64,000 nt of DNA, taken from Planctomycetota bacterium. Lineage in GTDB: Bacteria > Planctomycetota > Planctomycetia > Planctomycetales > Planctomycetaceae. The stretch covers positions 206 to 64,205 of the forward strand of contig CAUZSN010000002.1 in assembly GCA_963582345.1 (NCBI GenBank), read 5' to 3'. How positions within the stretch are numbered: the first letter of the stretch is position 1; every line of letters starts with the position of its first letter. Both the position numbers and the translations under genes were made by a program. The notes beneath the pieces are model-generated. The model was not told where the DNA came from. It searched no databases and worked only from the letters and a program-made list of their open reading frames with translations. This document shows positions 48,858 through 59,609 of the stretch, piece after piece.

Positions 48858-49208
48858 TCATGACGCCTTTAAAGTTTTTTTCTCCGAATCCTCGCTTCCC
48901 ACCGTTTGAATACTGCTGCGAAGAAACTTGATACGCGTGTTGTCGTCGACCTTGACCGTGACTTCCTTTCCGTCCGCCGAAATGTTCGCGACCGTGCCGA
49001 CAATCCCACCGACGGTGATGATGCGGTCGTTTTTCTTTAAGACTTTCAGCATTTCTTCACGTTTGCGTCGATCCCGACTCTGTGGGCGCAAGATCAAAAA
49101 GTACCACAAAACGAAAATTGCGATCATCGGGAACAACAGTGCCCCTAAGGGCGAGCCTGATGGATTATCGGCTGCCAACACGCAAAACACATTAAGCCAT
49201 TCGATCAT
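48858..49208 (-). CDS. yajC: preprotein translocase subunit YajC
   Basis: 116 aa with one TM helix followed by LILRPQSRDRRKREEMLKVLKKNDRIITVGGIVGTV. Confidence 0.9.
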   Translation of the reverse strand: MIEWLNVFCVLAADNPSGSPLGALLFPMIAIFVLWYFLILRPQSRDRRKREEMLKVLKKNDRIITVGGIVGTVANISADGKEVTVKVDDNTRIKFLRSSIQTVGSEDSEKKTLKAS

Positions 49209-49365
49209 GCTATCTACTCAAAATAATGTTAAATGGTAACGCTTCAGCCAAGTAAAGTAGGCCATCCTATGGCTGTTTTGCCAGACGACTAAAGTGTTAC
49301 GCTAAAGGTAATTTTCCGTGCAATCGCCGAAAACTTGTAAAACGTCTGGAAAAACAGCGAGCATC

Positions 49366-50484
49366 TTAGACGGATAAACCCCACCGGACAAGGTGAACCG
49401 AACGAAACTCTTCAACACGGTGTTCGCGAATCGCGCGTCGCAGATCGCTCATTAGCCTCTGATAGTATGCGATGTTATGCCATGAGACCAAGATTGGACC
49501 CAGCATCTCGTTGGCAACGAATAGGTGCCGCAAATAGGCGCGACTGAAACGACGACAAACCGGGCACTCACATTCTTGGTCCAACGGCCGGGCGTCACAT
49601 TGATATTGACGATTTCGCAATCGAACCGGCCCATCGTCGGTAAAAGCAGTTGCGTTACGGCCGTTCCGCGTTGGCAAGACGCAATCGAACAGGTCGATGC
49701 CGCACGAGACCGCTTCGATGAGATCTTGCGGCTGACCCACGCCCATCAAATATTTCGGCCGGCCGGCTGGAAGCATTGGCGCAGTCCAGCGAAGCGTCTG
49801 GTACATGAGTTCGATGTCCTCGCCCACACTCAGTCCGCCGATCGCATAGCCGGGAAAATCTAGCGACAGCAAACCGTGGATTGATTGTTCGCGTAATTTG
49901 CGATCAGTTCCGCCCTGAACAATTCCGAACAACGCCTGGTCATCCCGTTGATGGACTTCGCGGCAACGGATGGCCCAACGTGTTGTACGTTCCACCGCTC
50001 GTTGAAGTTGCTCACGGTCGCCGTCATGGGGCGGGCATTCATCCAGACACATGATGATATCGGCACCCAGTTGCTCCTGAATGCGAATCGCCTTTTCGGG
50101 CGACAGTTCGAAAATACTGCCGTCGATATGTGAACGAAAAACGACATGCTCATCGTCTAGTTGAGTCAGCCGGGCCAAACTAAAAATTTGGAAACCACCA
50201 CTGTCCGTGAGCAAGGGACCGTCCCACTGCATGAATGCGTGCAGGCCACCCAATTCGCTGACGATTGCGGCGCCTGGCCGAAGAGCCAAATGGTAGGTGT
50301 TGGATAGGACAATCTCGGTTCCGACTTCACGCAGTTGTTCGGGGGTCAGTCCCTTTACGGTCGCCAGCGTTCCCACCGGCATGAATGCAGGAGTCTCCAC
50401 AACGCCGTGGGGCGTTGTGATGCGACCTGTACGTGCGGATGTTTGAGCGTCGCTTGCTCCAATCTGAAATTCGATGCCAGCCAC
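49366..50484 (-). CDS. tgt: queuine tRNA-ribosyltransferase
   Basis: 372 aa with [30 protein letters not shown] and the zinc site CECPVCRRF...H. Confidence 0.96.
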   Translation of the reverse strand: MAGIEFQIGASDAQTSARTGRITTPHGVVETPAFMPVGTLATVKGLTPEQLREVGTEIVLSNTYHLALRPGAAIVSELGGLHAFMQWDGPLLTDSGGFQIFSLARLTQLDDEHVVFRSHIDGSIFELSPEKAIRIQEQLGADIIMCLDECPPHDGDREQLQRAVERTTRWAIRCREVHQRDDQALFGIVQGGTDRKLREQSIHGLLSLDFPGYAIGGLSVGEDIELMYQTLRWTAPMLPAGRPKYLMGVGQPQDLIEAVSCGIDLFDCVLPTRNGRNATAFTDDGPVRLRNRQYQCDARPLDQECECPVCRRFSRAYLRHLFVANEMLGPILVSWHNIAYYQRLMSDLRRAIREHRVEEFRSVHLVRWGLSV

Positions 50485-50501
50485 AGATCCACTTTATAGA
50501 A

Positions 50502-51680
50502 TCAGAAATTTCCTTGCACTGCGTCGTTGATCATACTGACGTACCACAGAATAAACCGGAAAACGAAAAAAATGATAAAACCGGCCACGACCAACCAGAT
50601 CAGCCAGCCGAACGCAGTCGTCAAGGCATTCAGGCTGCGGCGTGCCTGGTCCTCGAATTGGGGACTCAAGCGGTGCACCATTTCGGGAACCGTTCCCGAT
50701 GTCTCGGCAACGTTGACGATGTGTAAGTAGTCGTCGGGAAACAGACCGGATGCCGTCAAGGCGTCCGACAAATTGTCACCGGACTCGACCCTATGACACA
50801 CCATCGGCGCCGCCGCAATAAAGGCACCGTTTGCCGTCGCGCGGAAACTGGCTCTCAAACTTTGACGGATGGGCATGCCCGTTTGTTGAGTCAGGTAAAA
50901 CGCCCACGAAAACCGAGCGATGGCGAATGAACGCATACAGTTTCCGAGGATGGGGATCCACAGTAGTAACGAATCCAGCACTCGTGTAGTGCTGAATGCC
51001 TTGGACAAGATCTGGTAAACGACAAACAGCGACAAAAGTGAACCAAACGTGTACATCAGCCAGATCAACGCTCCGTCGGGTCCGGAAAGCCCAAAAACCA
51101 AAAAACTTACCGAATGGCCACTTGTTGCTACTGTTTCTGCCGTTTTGCCTATGATACCCAGGATGTAAATCAACGCAGCAATGACAAAAATCGCCGCGAC
51201 CAATTGGAACAGCGGCCACGAAATCGCCGCCACGAAATTGCGGCGCAACTGCAGATTGTTTTCGTAATGTTTGCCCATGTGAGCCAGTACTTCGGGCAAG
51301 GCGCCGCTCTCCTCGGCCACGCTTACCATGTCGATCAACAATTGGGGGAAATAGTTGCCTTGATCCCGCATGGCTGACGAGATTTCGCCACCGTTCTGAA
51401 TCTCATTGCTGATTTCCCGAAGTGTTTCGCGACACCGCGGGTCCGAAGTCTTTTCAGCAGCCAGTTCAAACACCTTGCGTACATCCACACCGGCATGCAG
51501 CATCGTGCTCAGCGAACGGCATATCAAAGCCGACGTTTTCAGGGATATTCGTGATCCGAACACGAATGGAGGTCTCGCTAAATTGCACTTTGTCTGACTA
51601 ATTTTGGAAATCGTACCACAATCGTACTCTGAAGTGCGATGCCGCTTGGCGTTAGCAAATTGTCTGTTCAACACTTTCAA
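50502..51680 (-). CDS. type II secretion/type IV pilus platform protein (GspF/PilC family), orphan
   Basis: 392 aa with two T2SSF repeats ([19 protein letters not shown]...[15 protein letters not shown] and ...[17 protein letters not shown]) and three TM blocks. It ends 17 nt before tgt. Confidence 0.85.
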   Translation of the reverse strand: MKVLNRQFANAKRHRTSEYDCGTISKISQTKCNLARPPFVFGSRISLKTSALICRSLSTMLHAGVDVRKVFELAAEKTSDPRCRETLREISNEIQNGGEISSAMRDQGNYFPQLLIDMVSVAEESGALPEVLAHMGKHYENNLQLRRNFVAAISWPLFQLVAAIFVIAALIYILGIIGKTAETVATSGHSVSFLVFGLSGPDGALIWLMYTFGSLLSLFVVYQILSKAFSTTRVLDSLLLWIPILGNCMRSFAIARFSWAFYLTQQTGMPIRQSLRASFRATANGAFIAAAPMVCHRVESGDNLSDALTASGLFPDDYLHIVNVAETSGTVPEMVHRLSPQFEDQARRSLNALTTAFGWLIWLVVAGFIIFFVFRFILWYVSMINDAVQGNF

Positions 51681-51757
51681 GGCCGTTGCGTTCCGTCACA
51701 AATTGTGGCAAAGTGGCTGAGCCTGTTTTGGACCCAATCTATCGATTCACGAAAACT

Positions 51758-52561
51758 ATGGACTTTCTGCAACTCGGGAAAAAAACAATTCTGGTCTTCG
51801 GCGTCGCGAATCGAAAGAGCGTCGCCTATCACGTCGGTCAGGTGTTGAGCCAAGCTGGTGCCGACGTAGTTTATTCCGTGCGCAGCGAGGAACGCCGCGA
51901 TTCCCTCAAAAAGCTACTTGATCCGGCACCAATTTACGTCTGCGACGTTGAGCATCAGGACCAGATCAATCGCCTTCGTGACGATGTTGGCACCGGTCGT
52001 GGCAAGCTTCATGGCATAGTCCACTCGATTGCGTACGCAGACTATTCAGCCGGTTGGTTGCCATTTCACGAGACGCCTCGTACCGGCTTCTTACAAGCCA
52101 TCGACATTTCGTGTTACTCATTGATCGCAATTGCCAGCGCGTTTCGCGATTTGATTGACGAACATGATGGCAGCGTAGTCACGATCTCGATTTCAACCAC
52201 TCGCATGGCAGCCGAGAACTATGGTTACATGGCGCCAGTGAAAGCGGCGTTAGATTCGTCCATCTGTTTTCTAGCCAAGTCATTTTCGCAATTTTCGTCG
52301 ATTCGCTTCAACGCAGTCTGCCCAGGTCTATTGAAAACGTCCGCTTCGGCGGGGATTCCCGGATACCTCGACAGCTACCTATACGCCGAGCAGGCAACGC
52401 TACGGCAACGAGCCGTTCGAACTGAAGAAGTCGCTAACACGGTCGTGTTCTTATTAAGTCCTCGATCGTCGGCAATTACGGCTCAAGGGATCGTTATCGA
52501 TGCCGGCATGGGCATCAACTATTTCAAAAGTGAATTCGTTTGCCCGGAACAAAACGGCTGA
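51758..52561 (+). CDS. fabI: enoyl-ACP reductase (FabI, SDR family)
   Basis: Contains [18 protein letters not shown] and the catalytic Y-x6-K context [11 protein letters not shown]. The start is set at ATG 51758. Confidence 0.88.
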   Translation: MDFLQLGKKTILVFGVANRKSVAYHVGQVLSQAGADVVYSVRSEERRDSLKKLLDPAPIYVCDVEHQDQINRLRDDVGTGRGKLHGIVHSIAYADYSAGWLPFHETPRTGFLQAIDISCYSLIAIASAFRDLIDEHDGSVVTISISTTRMAAENYGYMAPVKAALDSSICFLAKSFSQFSSIRFNAVCPGLLKTSASAGIPGYLDSYLYAEQATLRQRAVRTEEVANTVVFLLSPRSSAITAQGIVIDAGMGINYFKSEFVCPEQNG

Positions 52562-52636
52562 ACGATGTCGCCATCCGCTTCAACGCTACTGCGAAGGTTC
52601 TGATTCCTGAGCCAGCGGCTCTTTGTATCAGTGGGT

Positions 52637-53536
52637 TCACCCTGTTGAATTGGGAACATTGGCGATTCCGGCAATCGCTCGCTGTACGGCAGTTCCCATA
52701 TCGGCAGGGCTTTCAGCGACGACCACGCCGGCCTTTTCCAGGGCCGCGATCTTTTCAGCGGCCGTTCCGGTTCCGCCCGAGATGATGGCTCCCGCGTGCC
52801 CCATGCGTTTTCCCGGCGGAGCCGTTCGACCTGCGATAAACGATGCTACCGGTTTAGATATGTGCTGCTTGATGTACTCGGCCGCATTTTCTTCAGCGCT
52901 GCCGCCGATCTCGCCGATCATTAGGATTGCTTCGGTGTTGGGATCGTTTTGGAATAGTTGCAGTAGATCGATGAAGTTGGTTCCAATGATCGGGTCGCCA
53001 CCGATGCCGACGCAAGTCGACTGTCCCAAACCGACATGGCTCAGTTGCCACACGGCTTCGTATGTCAGCGTGCCGCTACGGCTGATGACGCCGACCGGAC
53101 CAGGTTTATGAATGTAGCCAGGCATGATGCCAATCTTTGCTACGCCTGGCGTGATGACGCCCGGACAGTTTGGACCCACCAGCCTGCTGCTGTTTTGACG
53201 CATACGATGCATCGTTCGCACCATGTCCAACACGGGGATGCCTTCGGTGATCGCTACAATCAGTTTGATTCCAGCGTCGGCTGCTTCGATGATCGCGTCC
53301 GCGCAAAACCGTGGTGGAACAAAGATCATCGACGTGTTGGCTCCCGTCTTCTGGACTGCTTCGTGAACCGTGTTGAATACCGGAAACCCGTCGACTTCGG
53401 TTCCGCCTTTGCCGGGCGTGACGCCGCCGACGACGGGGGTTCCGTAATTGCGGCATTGCTGGCTATGAAACAGACCGGATCGACCAGTGATTCCTTGGCA
53501 AATGACGTGTGTGTCTTGATCGACGAGGATACTCAT
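52637..53536 (-). CDS. sucD: succinyl-CoA synthetase alpha subunit
   Basis: 299 aa with [16 protein letters not shown] and the phosphohistidine loop [11 protein letters not shown]. Confidence 0.97.
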   Translation of the reverse strand: MSILVDQDTHVICQGITGRSGLFHSQQCRNYGTPVVGGVTPGKGGTEVDGFPVFNTVHEAVQKTGANTSMIFVPPRFCADAIIEAADAGIKLIVAITEGIPVLDMVRTMHRMRQNSSRLVGPNCPGVITPGVAKIGIMPGYIHKPGPVGVISRSGTLTYEAVWQLSHVGLGQSTCVGIGGDPIIGTNFIDLLQLFQNDPNTEAILMIGEIGGSAEENAAEYIKQHISKPVASFIAGRTAPPGKRMGHAGAIISGGTGTAAEKIAALEKAGVVVAESPADMGTAVQRAIAGIANVPNSTG

Positions 53537-53632
53537 ATTCCAAATCCCGAAATTCGAATCAATACTGAATCTAGGCTTCCATAGACCTCAAGCGGCAGTT
53601 CAGAACTTTTGTTCGAAGATAATGTTCTGTGA

Positions 53633-54820
53633 TCATGGTGTAAGCGTGGCCACTGCTTTTTTGGCTGCGTCAGTCAGGTCAGTCGCCGCAATGATGTTCC
53701 GTTCGCTTTCAGCCAACATTGATCGAGCCATCTTGACATTGGTCCCTTCCAAACGAACGACAAGCGGCACGTTAAATCCAACTTTTTCGTATGCGGACAA
53801 CAGCGCTTCGACAATCGTGTTGCATTTCATAATACCGCCAAAGATGTTGACAAGGACCGCTTTGACAGTGGGATCGGCCAGGATGATGCGAAACGCCTCG
53901 GTTACCGCATCGACGTCGGCGCTGCCGCCGACGTCCAAAAAATTGGCCGGGTCACCGCCGTGCAGCTTGATCAAATCCATCGTGCTCATTGCCAAGCCAG
54001 CGCCGTTGACCAGGCAGCCGATGTTGCCGTCCAGCTTCACGTAACTTAGCCCGGCATTACTGGCTCGTACTTCCACTTCATTTTCTTCGCTCAAATCCCG
54101 AAGCGCGGCGCACGAGTCGTGTCGGAACAAAGCGTTGTCGTCGAAGCTGACCTTGGCATCCAGCGCTAGCAACTCGCCATTTTCTGTTATGACCAAAGGG
54201 TTGATTTCAGCCATACTACAATCGTTTTCCAAGAAGAACCGGCACAACTTCGGCAAGAAGTCTTCGGCGCTGGCGATGCTATTTCCCTGCAGCCCTAATT
54301 GCTCTGCCAGATTCCGAATTTGGGAGAGCTGTAATCCGTCGTTGACATCGATTGCCTCGCGAAAAATTTTTTCTGGAGCCTTCCTAGCTACGTCCTCGAT
54401 CGACATGCCACCTTCTGACGAGGCAATTATGACCGGCCCACCTGATTCGCGGTCGACGACAACGCCCAAATACAATTCGCGCGCGATGTTCAACCCCTGT
54501 TCGATGTACAGCACGTTTACCGTTTTACCTTCTGCGCCAGTTTGCAGCGTGACAAGCGTGTTGCCTAGCATGCGATCGGCGTTTTCATGGGCCTCCTGAG
54601 GTGACCGAACCAAAACGACTCCGGACTGTTGAGGATGCTGTTTGAAGCGTCCCTTTCCACGGCCGCCGGCATGGATTTGGGACTTGACGACGGCAATATC
54701 GCCCCCAAGTTGCCTGAATGCTTCGGTCGCTTCATCGGGTGTTTTGACAACGATCCCTTTGGGCACGGCTACTTCTGCTTCCGCGAACAACTGTTTCGCC
54801 TGATATTCATGAATTTTCAC
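53633..54820 (-). CDS. sucC: succinyl-CoA synthetase beta subunit
   Basis: A GTG start at 54820 gives (M)[11 protein letters not shown]. Also has [11 protein letters not shown] and the ligase-CoA C-terminal domain. Confidence 0.96.
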   Translation of the reverse strand: MKIHEYQAKQLFAEAEVAVPKGIVVKTPDEATEAFRQLGGDIAVVKSQIHAGGRGKGRFKQHPQQSGVVLVRSPQEAHENADRMLGNTLVTLQTGAEGKTVNVLYIEQGLNIARELYLGVVVDRESGGPVIIASSEGGMSIEDVARKAPEKIFREAIDVNDGLQLSQIRNLAEQLGLQGNSIASAEDFLPKLCRFFLENDCSMAEINPLVITENGELLALDAKVSFDDNALFRHDSCAALRDLSEENEVEVRASNAGLSYVKLDGNIGCLVNGAGLAMSTMDLIKLHGGDPANFLDVGGSADVDAVTEAFRIILADPTVKAVLVNIFGGIMKCNTIVEALLSAYEKVGFNVPLVVRLEGTNVKMARSMLAESERNIIAATDLTDAAKKAVATLTP

Positions 54821-55281
54821 GAGAGACCCTTTCCATCGCAATCTGTTCGAAAGCGTCAAGTTTTTTGGGCATGATAGCGGCGTTACGAAGAGGAATCCAC
54901 CAACCGCATTTGTGAATGATCGTTAATGCCGACGTTGAAAACGTCGCTGAGTATTTTGGTGAGGCGCCCCTAAATTGCACGAGCAGCGAAATTTGTGACA
55001 TGGGGAACGTCGCACATTGGACAGTGTAGAATTTGCAATCTGATCGACGTCAACTTGACTGTCGGGCGTGCCTTCTACTATTTCGACGAATTGGTGTAAC
55101 AACTGTTTTCCCAATGGGATGCAGCATTCTTGGTCGGTGCAATGTATACAGCGACCGCGAATTTTTTTACGTTTGGACCCAACTTTGCACTCGTTTGTTA
55201 AACCGGTGTAGTCATATTGAGAAACCTGGTTTTTGGATGAAGCGGCTTTTACACATGTCATGGCCGATTGTAGGTCGAAGG

Positions 55282-56682
55282 ATGAGCAAGGGCGCTCGCA
55301 TGACAAGGATCGTTATTGTACTAGCAGCAACAGGTTCATTGGGGGCGACGCATCGCACTCCGAATTTTACAGTTCAGGCTCCGACCGCAAAAGTTGCCAA
55401 ACAAGTGGCCGTCGCCGCCGAGCATTACCGCAAAAAGCTGGCCCTAGAGTGGCTCGGAAAATACATTCCACGTTGGTACGCTCCGTGTCACGTCATGGTC
55501 AAGGTGGATCAAGTGAGGGCCGGAGGCGCCACGTCATTCAAATTCAATCGTGGTCACGTGTACGGTTGGAAAATGGAGGTTCAAGGACCACTCCATCGTA
55601 TTTTGGATGCAGTCTTGCCGCATGAGATCACTCATACAATCCTCGCCTGTCACTTCCGTCGCCCGCTGCCGCGTTGGGCCGACGAAGGAGCGGCCACGCT
55701 GTCCGAAGACGACTCGGAAAAACGGCGTCAGACGCAACTCGTTGAACAAGTCCTGAAGACCACCCGGAGAATTCCGTTGCGGACACTGCTCTCCATCAAA
55801 CGCTATCCACACGACATGCAGAACGTGTTGACCTTGTATGCCGAGGGATACTCGCTTGCTGCATATTTGATTCAGCAAGGCGGCAAGGCACGGTACTTAT
55901 TATTTCTCGAAGACGCTTATCGGAGGGGATGGGACCGTTCGATTCATTGCTATTATGGTGCGAAAGACGTTGATGAGCTGGAATACCGCTGGAACGCATG
56001 GGTGATGGCTGGAAGTCCCACAAGCAAGCTTGCCGATGGCGAGTTATTAGCAGACACAAAAACTCTGTCCGCTCAACCGAACACATCCCTTACGGATGCT
56101 TCGGAGTCAAATACATTACAACCCAACCTCATCGTTCGATCGCAAACTCCAGAACGCAGTGCCGACTCTGGCGGTGTAGTTCAACTCGCTTCGGCGCTTC
56201 ACAGCACCCCATCCCGTTCATTCCAAGTGCCAAATCGTGATGCCGCACATATCGGAGGACACTCGCCGATACGACGGGGTGAAGGTTTGTACGCTCCGGA
56301 TCCTCGTCAACAACAACCGATTCGACCGATCACAACACGTCCACGGCGCCAGACTCGACGGTCCAACGCGGCACCGACAACCGGATTTGGTAGCTTGCAA
56401 TGGGACATCAATCGACATAGACCGAGGGCGGCCGGTTCGAATCAAGCTCGAAGTGATGGGTGGATTGCTATTTCGGAATCCCGGCGTCCACCTGTTCGAC
56501 AACAATCTTTGATCGGGAAACGCTCTGGTCGCGTACTGGAGAAATTCAAAAAAGGACAGATTTACAATTCTGCGCGTTACGTAGACTGGTCCGACTTCTT
56601 GCAACGGCCGGTTCGAAGCGAATCGATTGGGCAGGACACCGCATCTCGTGTTGCCCTCTTTTCTCGGAAACCGTCGCATTGA
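55282..56682 (+). CDS. secreted HExxH (peptidase-MA-like) protein with long Arg/Pro/Gln/Ser-rich tail
   Basis: Signal-like start MSKGARMTRIVIVLAATGSLGA (alternative ATG at 55300), zinc motif LPHEITHTILA followed by WADEGAATLSE. The last ~200 aa are low-complexity and basic. Confidence 0.7.
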   Translation: MSKGARMTRIVIVLAATGSLGATHRTPNFTVQAPTAKVAKQVAVAAEHYRKKLALEWLGKYIPRWYAPCHVMVKVDQVRAGGATSFKFNRGHVYGWKMEVQGPLHRILDAVLPHEITHTILACHFRRPLPRWADEGAATLSEDDSEKRRQTQLVEQVLKTTRRIPLRTLLSIKRYPHDMQNVLTLYAEGYSLAAYLIQQGGKARYLLFLEDAYRRGWDRSIHCYYGAKDVDELEYRWNAWVMAGSPTSKLADGELLADTKTLSAQPNTSLTDASESNTLQPNLIVRSQTPERSADSGGVVQLASALHSTPSRSFQVPNRDAAHIGGHSPIRRGEGLYAPDPRQQQPIRPITTRPRRQTRRSNAAPTTGFGSLQWDINRHRPRAAGSNQARSDGWIAISESRRPPVRQQSLIGKRSGRVLEKFKKGQIYNSARYVDWSDFLQRPVRSESIGQDTASRVALFSRKPSH

Positions 56683-56723
56683 CGGACGGTGTCCATTGTC
56701 GTTCCTGCTACTGTCCTTTCCCC

Positions 56724-56756
56724 AAAGGAGCCACCGCTACGAGGTGGCTCCTTTTA
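56724..56756 (+). terminator. rho-independent terminator after the HExxH gene
   Basis: AAAGGAGCCACC-GCTACGA-GGTGGCTCCTTT: a perfect 12-bp stem and 7-nt loop running into a T-tract, 42 nt after the stop. Confidence 0.7.
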
Positions 56757-56896
56757 CATTCATCTCGGCGCAACGGATTGGGGCGATTGTGGGAAAATGG
56801 CTGTCTATTGCCTCGAAGGCAGCAACAGATAAACTAGCCGTGACCTACGACTTTTCGGACAAAGGACCGTTCATTATTCCAAAACACCTTTCGTAA

Positions 56897-57526
56897 TTGA
56901 TGACGAGTCCGACCTTTCGTCGACTTGAAATGATGGAATACAAAATGACGTCAATGGGTCTATTGGCAATCGTCCTTCTGGCGGTGGGACTGGCCTTGTT
57001 GGTAGCTGAAGTGTTCATCCCGTCGGGCGGCATGATTCTGGTACTGGCTCTGGTCAGTTTCACGATTTCGATTTGGTGCGCCTGGAATGCGTGGCGAGAT
57101 CAGGTTATCTGGTTTTGGACGTACATCGCAATACTTGTCGTATTGCTTCCGACAGTGGTGATCGCAGCGTTTTACATCCTGCCGAAAACTGAATTTGGGA
57201 AAAATTTGTTGGCGGCCCCGCCGGACCTGGAAGATGTAACGCCGTATGCTAAGGAAGAAAAGTGGCTGTTTGGAATGGTCAACAAAATGGGCAAGACGTT
57301 AACATTGATGAATCCCGGTGGCTTAGTTTCAATTGATGGCGAGCGCACGCATTCCGAAAGCGAGGGGATGGTGATCGAACGTGGTGAAACCGTTCAAGTC
57401 ATCGCCGTGAAAGGAAATCGTCTGGTCGTTCGTCTAGCTCAAACAGAATCGACGTCCGATGCAGAAGATGATAAAACGAATAAACCAGAAATTCCGTCGC
57501 TTGACTTCGATTTGCCGCAAAGTTAA
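56897..57526 (+). CDS. NfeD-family membrane protein
   Basis: Contains N-terminal TM helices (LLAIVLLAVGLALLVAEVFIPSGG...) and a C-terminal OB-fold region, GKTLTLMNPGGLVSIDGERTHSESEGMVIERGETVQVIAVKGNRLVV. The start may instead be at 56945. Confidence 0.8.
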   Translation: MMTSPTFRRLEMMEYKMTSMGLLAIVLLAVGLALLVAEVFIPSGGMILVLALVSFTISIWCAWNAWRDQVIWFWTYIAILVVLLPTVVIAAFYILPKTEFGKNLLAAPPDLEDVTPYAKEEKWLFGMVNKMGKTLTLMNPGGLVSIDGERTHSESEGMVIERGETVQVIAVKGNRLVVRLAQTESTSDAEDDKTNKPEIPSLDFDLPQS

Positions 57527-57589
57527 ACAGCCTAAGCGCTGGTTATGAACCTGAAGTCTTATTGATGGCACCGTTTAGGACAACTAGTC

Positions 57590-58648
57590 GTGACTAACGT
57601 TCCAATTTTTGCTGAAAATGCCGATGGCGCAAGTATTTGGATGCTTGGCGGCGGGATCATTTTTTTCCTGTTCGTATTGATGTTTTTGGCCGTGTTTGCG
57701 CGTTACTTCGGGTTGTGGATTCAATGCAAGATGACTAATGCCAGCATTTCGTTTCCCAACCTGGTCATGATGACATTCCGAAAAGTCAACCCGACGATCA
57801 TCGTTCGCAGCAAGATCATGGCTGTGCAAGCGGGCGTGACCAGGTTGTATCCGATCTCGACGCGCGCCATGGAAGCCCATTACCTGGCGGGCGGAAATGT
57901 TCCGAATGTGATCAAGTCTCTGATTGCTGCACACCGGGCGGATCTGAATCTCGATTGGCAGACAGCTCAGGCGATCGATCTGGCCGGCCGCGACATATTG
58001 GACGCAATTCGCACCAGCGTTTACCCCAAGGTGATCGATTGTCCCGATTCTTCTAAGCAGGATGGTACATTGGACGCTGTTGCCGGTGACGGCATCCAGT
58101 TGAAGGCGCGTGCTCGCGTAACCGTGCGAACCAACGTTCAACAACTGGTCGGCGGCGCGACGGAAGAAACCGTCATCGCCCGCGTGGGACAGGGAATCGT
58201 TCAGGCCATCGGTTCAACGAGCTCCTACAAAACTGTGCTCGAGAATCCCGATTCGATTTCTCGGACAGTGTTGAGCCAGGGACTTGAGGCCCAGACGGCA
58301 TTCGAGATTGTGTCAATTGACATTGCGGACATCGATGTCGGCGAGAACATCGGCGCACGCTTGCAAGCCGATCAGGCGGAAGCCGATATGCGAGTGGCGC
58401 AGGCCAAGGCCGAAGAAAGACGTGCGCTCGCCAAAGCCTACGAACAGGAAATGGTGGCCAGAGTCCAGGAAAGCCGTGCTAAGGTCGTGTTGGCCGAAGC
58501 CGAAGTGCCTAAAGCCATGGCTACAGCATTCCGCACCGGAAAGTTGGGACTGTTGGATTATTACGAACTGAAAAACGTTCAAGCCGATACGAAGATGAGA
58601 GACTCAATCGCTGGAGTCAGTCCGGAAGCAGCACACGATCCTTCCTAA
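57590..58648 (+). CDS. floA: flotillin-like protein FloA (UPF0365/YqfA family)
   Basis: Contains ...[28 protein letters not shown]...[12 protein letters not shown]...[10 protein letters not shown]...[27 protein letters not shown].... GTG start, with an alternative ATG at 57641. Confidence 0.88.
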   Translation: MTNVPIFAENADGASIWMLGGGIIFFLFVLMFLAVFARYFGLWIQCKMTNASISFPNLVMMTFRKVNPTIIVRSKIMAVQAGVTRLYPISTRAMEAHYLAGGNVPNVIKSLIAAHRADLNLDWQTAQAIDLAGRDILDAIRTSVYPKVIDCPDSSKQDGTLDAVAGDGIQLKARARVTVRTNVQQLVGGATEETVIARVGQGIVQAIGSTSSYKTVLENPDSISRTVLSQGLEAQTAFEIVSIDIADIDVGENIGARLQADQAEADMRVAQAKAEERRALAKAYEQEMVARVQESRAKVVLAEAEVPKAMATAFRTGKLGLLDYYELKNVQADTKMRDSIAGVSPEAAHDPS

Positions 58649-58775
58649 ATAGGACGTTGTGACCAAAGGGGTGCGCCTTCACGCATCGTGTCGGAGACCG
58701 ACCGAAAATTGTAAACACAATGGAAACTGCTCGAAATACACGAATCGCCAAAAGAGATGTATGCAATAGTCGGAC

Positions 58776-59552
58776 TTGGGTAGATCGACTAGTCGTTGTT
58801 CATCGCTCGGAACCAAGGCAGTGATATTCCAATTTCTTAGTCCAATTCTGGCGGACATCGGAACATGGATTCCGATCATTGTGATCGTATTTATGTTTAT
58901 AAATTGGATCATGAACTTAGCGAGCGGAAAGACAAATCAGTCTCAACGAGTGGGGCGTCGCGCTCAAGCTCCCCGCCCTCGTGAAGGTCGGATTCAAGGA
59001 GAAATCGATGTTTTCCTGGAGCAGGTTCGTGGAAAATCAGTACCACATAGGGCTGCCAAAGGGACGGTGGATGAGCCGTTGGAGATCGTAGAGGTGGAAG
59101 AACTGCGTCACCTTGTGCGGCCCAAACGACTCAAACAGTTTGAAAATAACGAGTCGTCTGGGCCGCACAAGGTGACGCAGTTGCAACTCGTCACGGACGC
59201 ACGGCAACAGCCCAAAAGGAAGCCAGGTGCCAGGATTGCTGAACGGCAAGTCCCCGGATCGAAAAATCTTGGGGACAACATTCGCCAGCACGTTGCCAGG
59301 CGTATGAAAGCAGGCCGAGTCACCTCGCACGTCCAGCAGCATCTGGACCACGATGTGGATCAGAGTGTTTCGGAGCATCTTGGATCTTTCTCTGCGGAAA
59401 AACGAACGGTAACGGTGCCTCGTATCTCGGCCGGATCGGCATCGATTACTCCGAGCGGAATTGTTCGCCTGTTGCGCGATCCAGTCGGAATCCGACAGGC
59501 AGTTTTGGTCAGTGAGGTTTTAAGGCGTCCCCGACCACTTCGCGGTTCATAG
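58776..59552 (+). CDS. hypothetical membrane-anchored protein carrying an in-frame palindromic insert
   Basis: A TM helix (GTWIPIIVIVFMFINWIM) followed by a basic soluble region ending ...GIRQAVLVSEVLRRPRPLRGS. The start codon is uncertain (a non-ATG start at 58776 or a later GTG). Confidence 0.55.
   Translation: MGRSTSRCSSLGTKAVIFQFLSPILADIGTWIPIIVIVFMFINWIMNLASGKTNQSQRVGRRAQAPRPREGRIQGEIDVFLEQVRGKSVPHRAAKGTVDEPLEIVEVEELRHLVRPKRLKQFENNESSGPHKVTQLQLVTDARQQPKRKPGARIAERQVPGSKNLGDNIRQHVARRMKAGRVTSHVQQHLDHDVDQSVSEHLGSFSAEKRTVTVPRISAGSASITPSGIVRLLRDPVGIRQAVLVSEVLRRPRPLRGS
59101..59182. repeat. 82-nt near-perfect inverted repeat (32-nt arms, 18-nt loop) inside the CDS
   Basis: The left arm is AACTGCGTCACCTTGTGCGGCCCAAACGACTC (59101-59132). 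The reverse complement of the right arm (59151-59182) is AACTGCGTCACCTTGTGCGGCCCAGACGACTC, giving 31/32 complementary positions. Confidence 0.9.
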
Positions 59553-59609
59553 ACCACCGTACTGATTTACTTGTGTGCACTCGTTGTTCAACTGCGTGAA
59601 GTGATTGGA

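Noticed and set aside
55033-55281. N-terminal 83 codons of ORF 55033-56682
   Set aside because: The signal-peptide-like start is at 55282 or 55300. The upstream part is Cys/Arg/Phe-rich and not protein-like.
56434-56443. GGTTCGAATC T-loop-like string suggesting a second tRNA
   Set aside because: No T-stem complement or cloverleaf can be drawn, and it lies inside a CDS.
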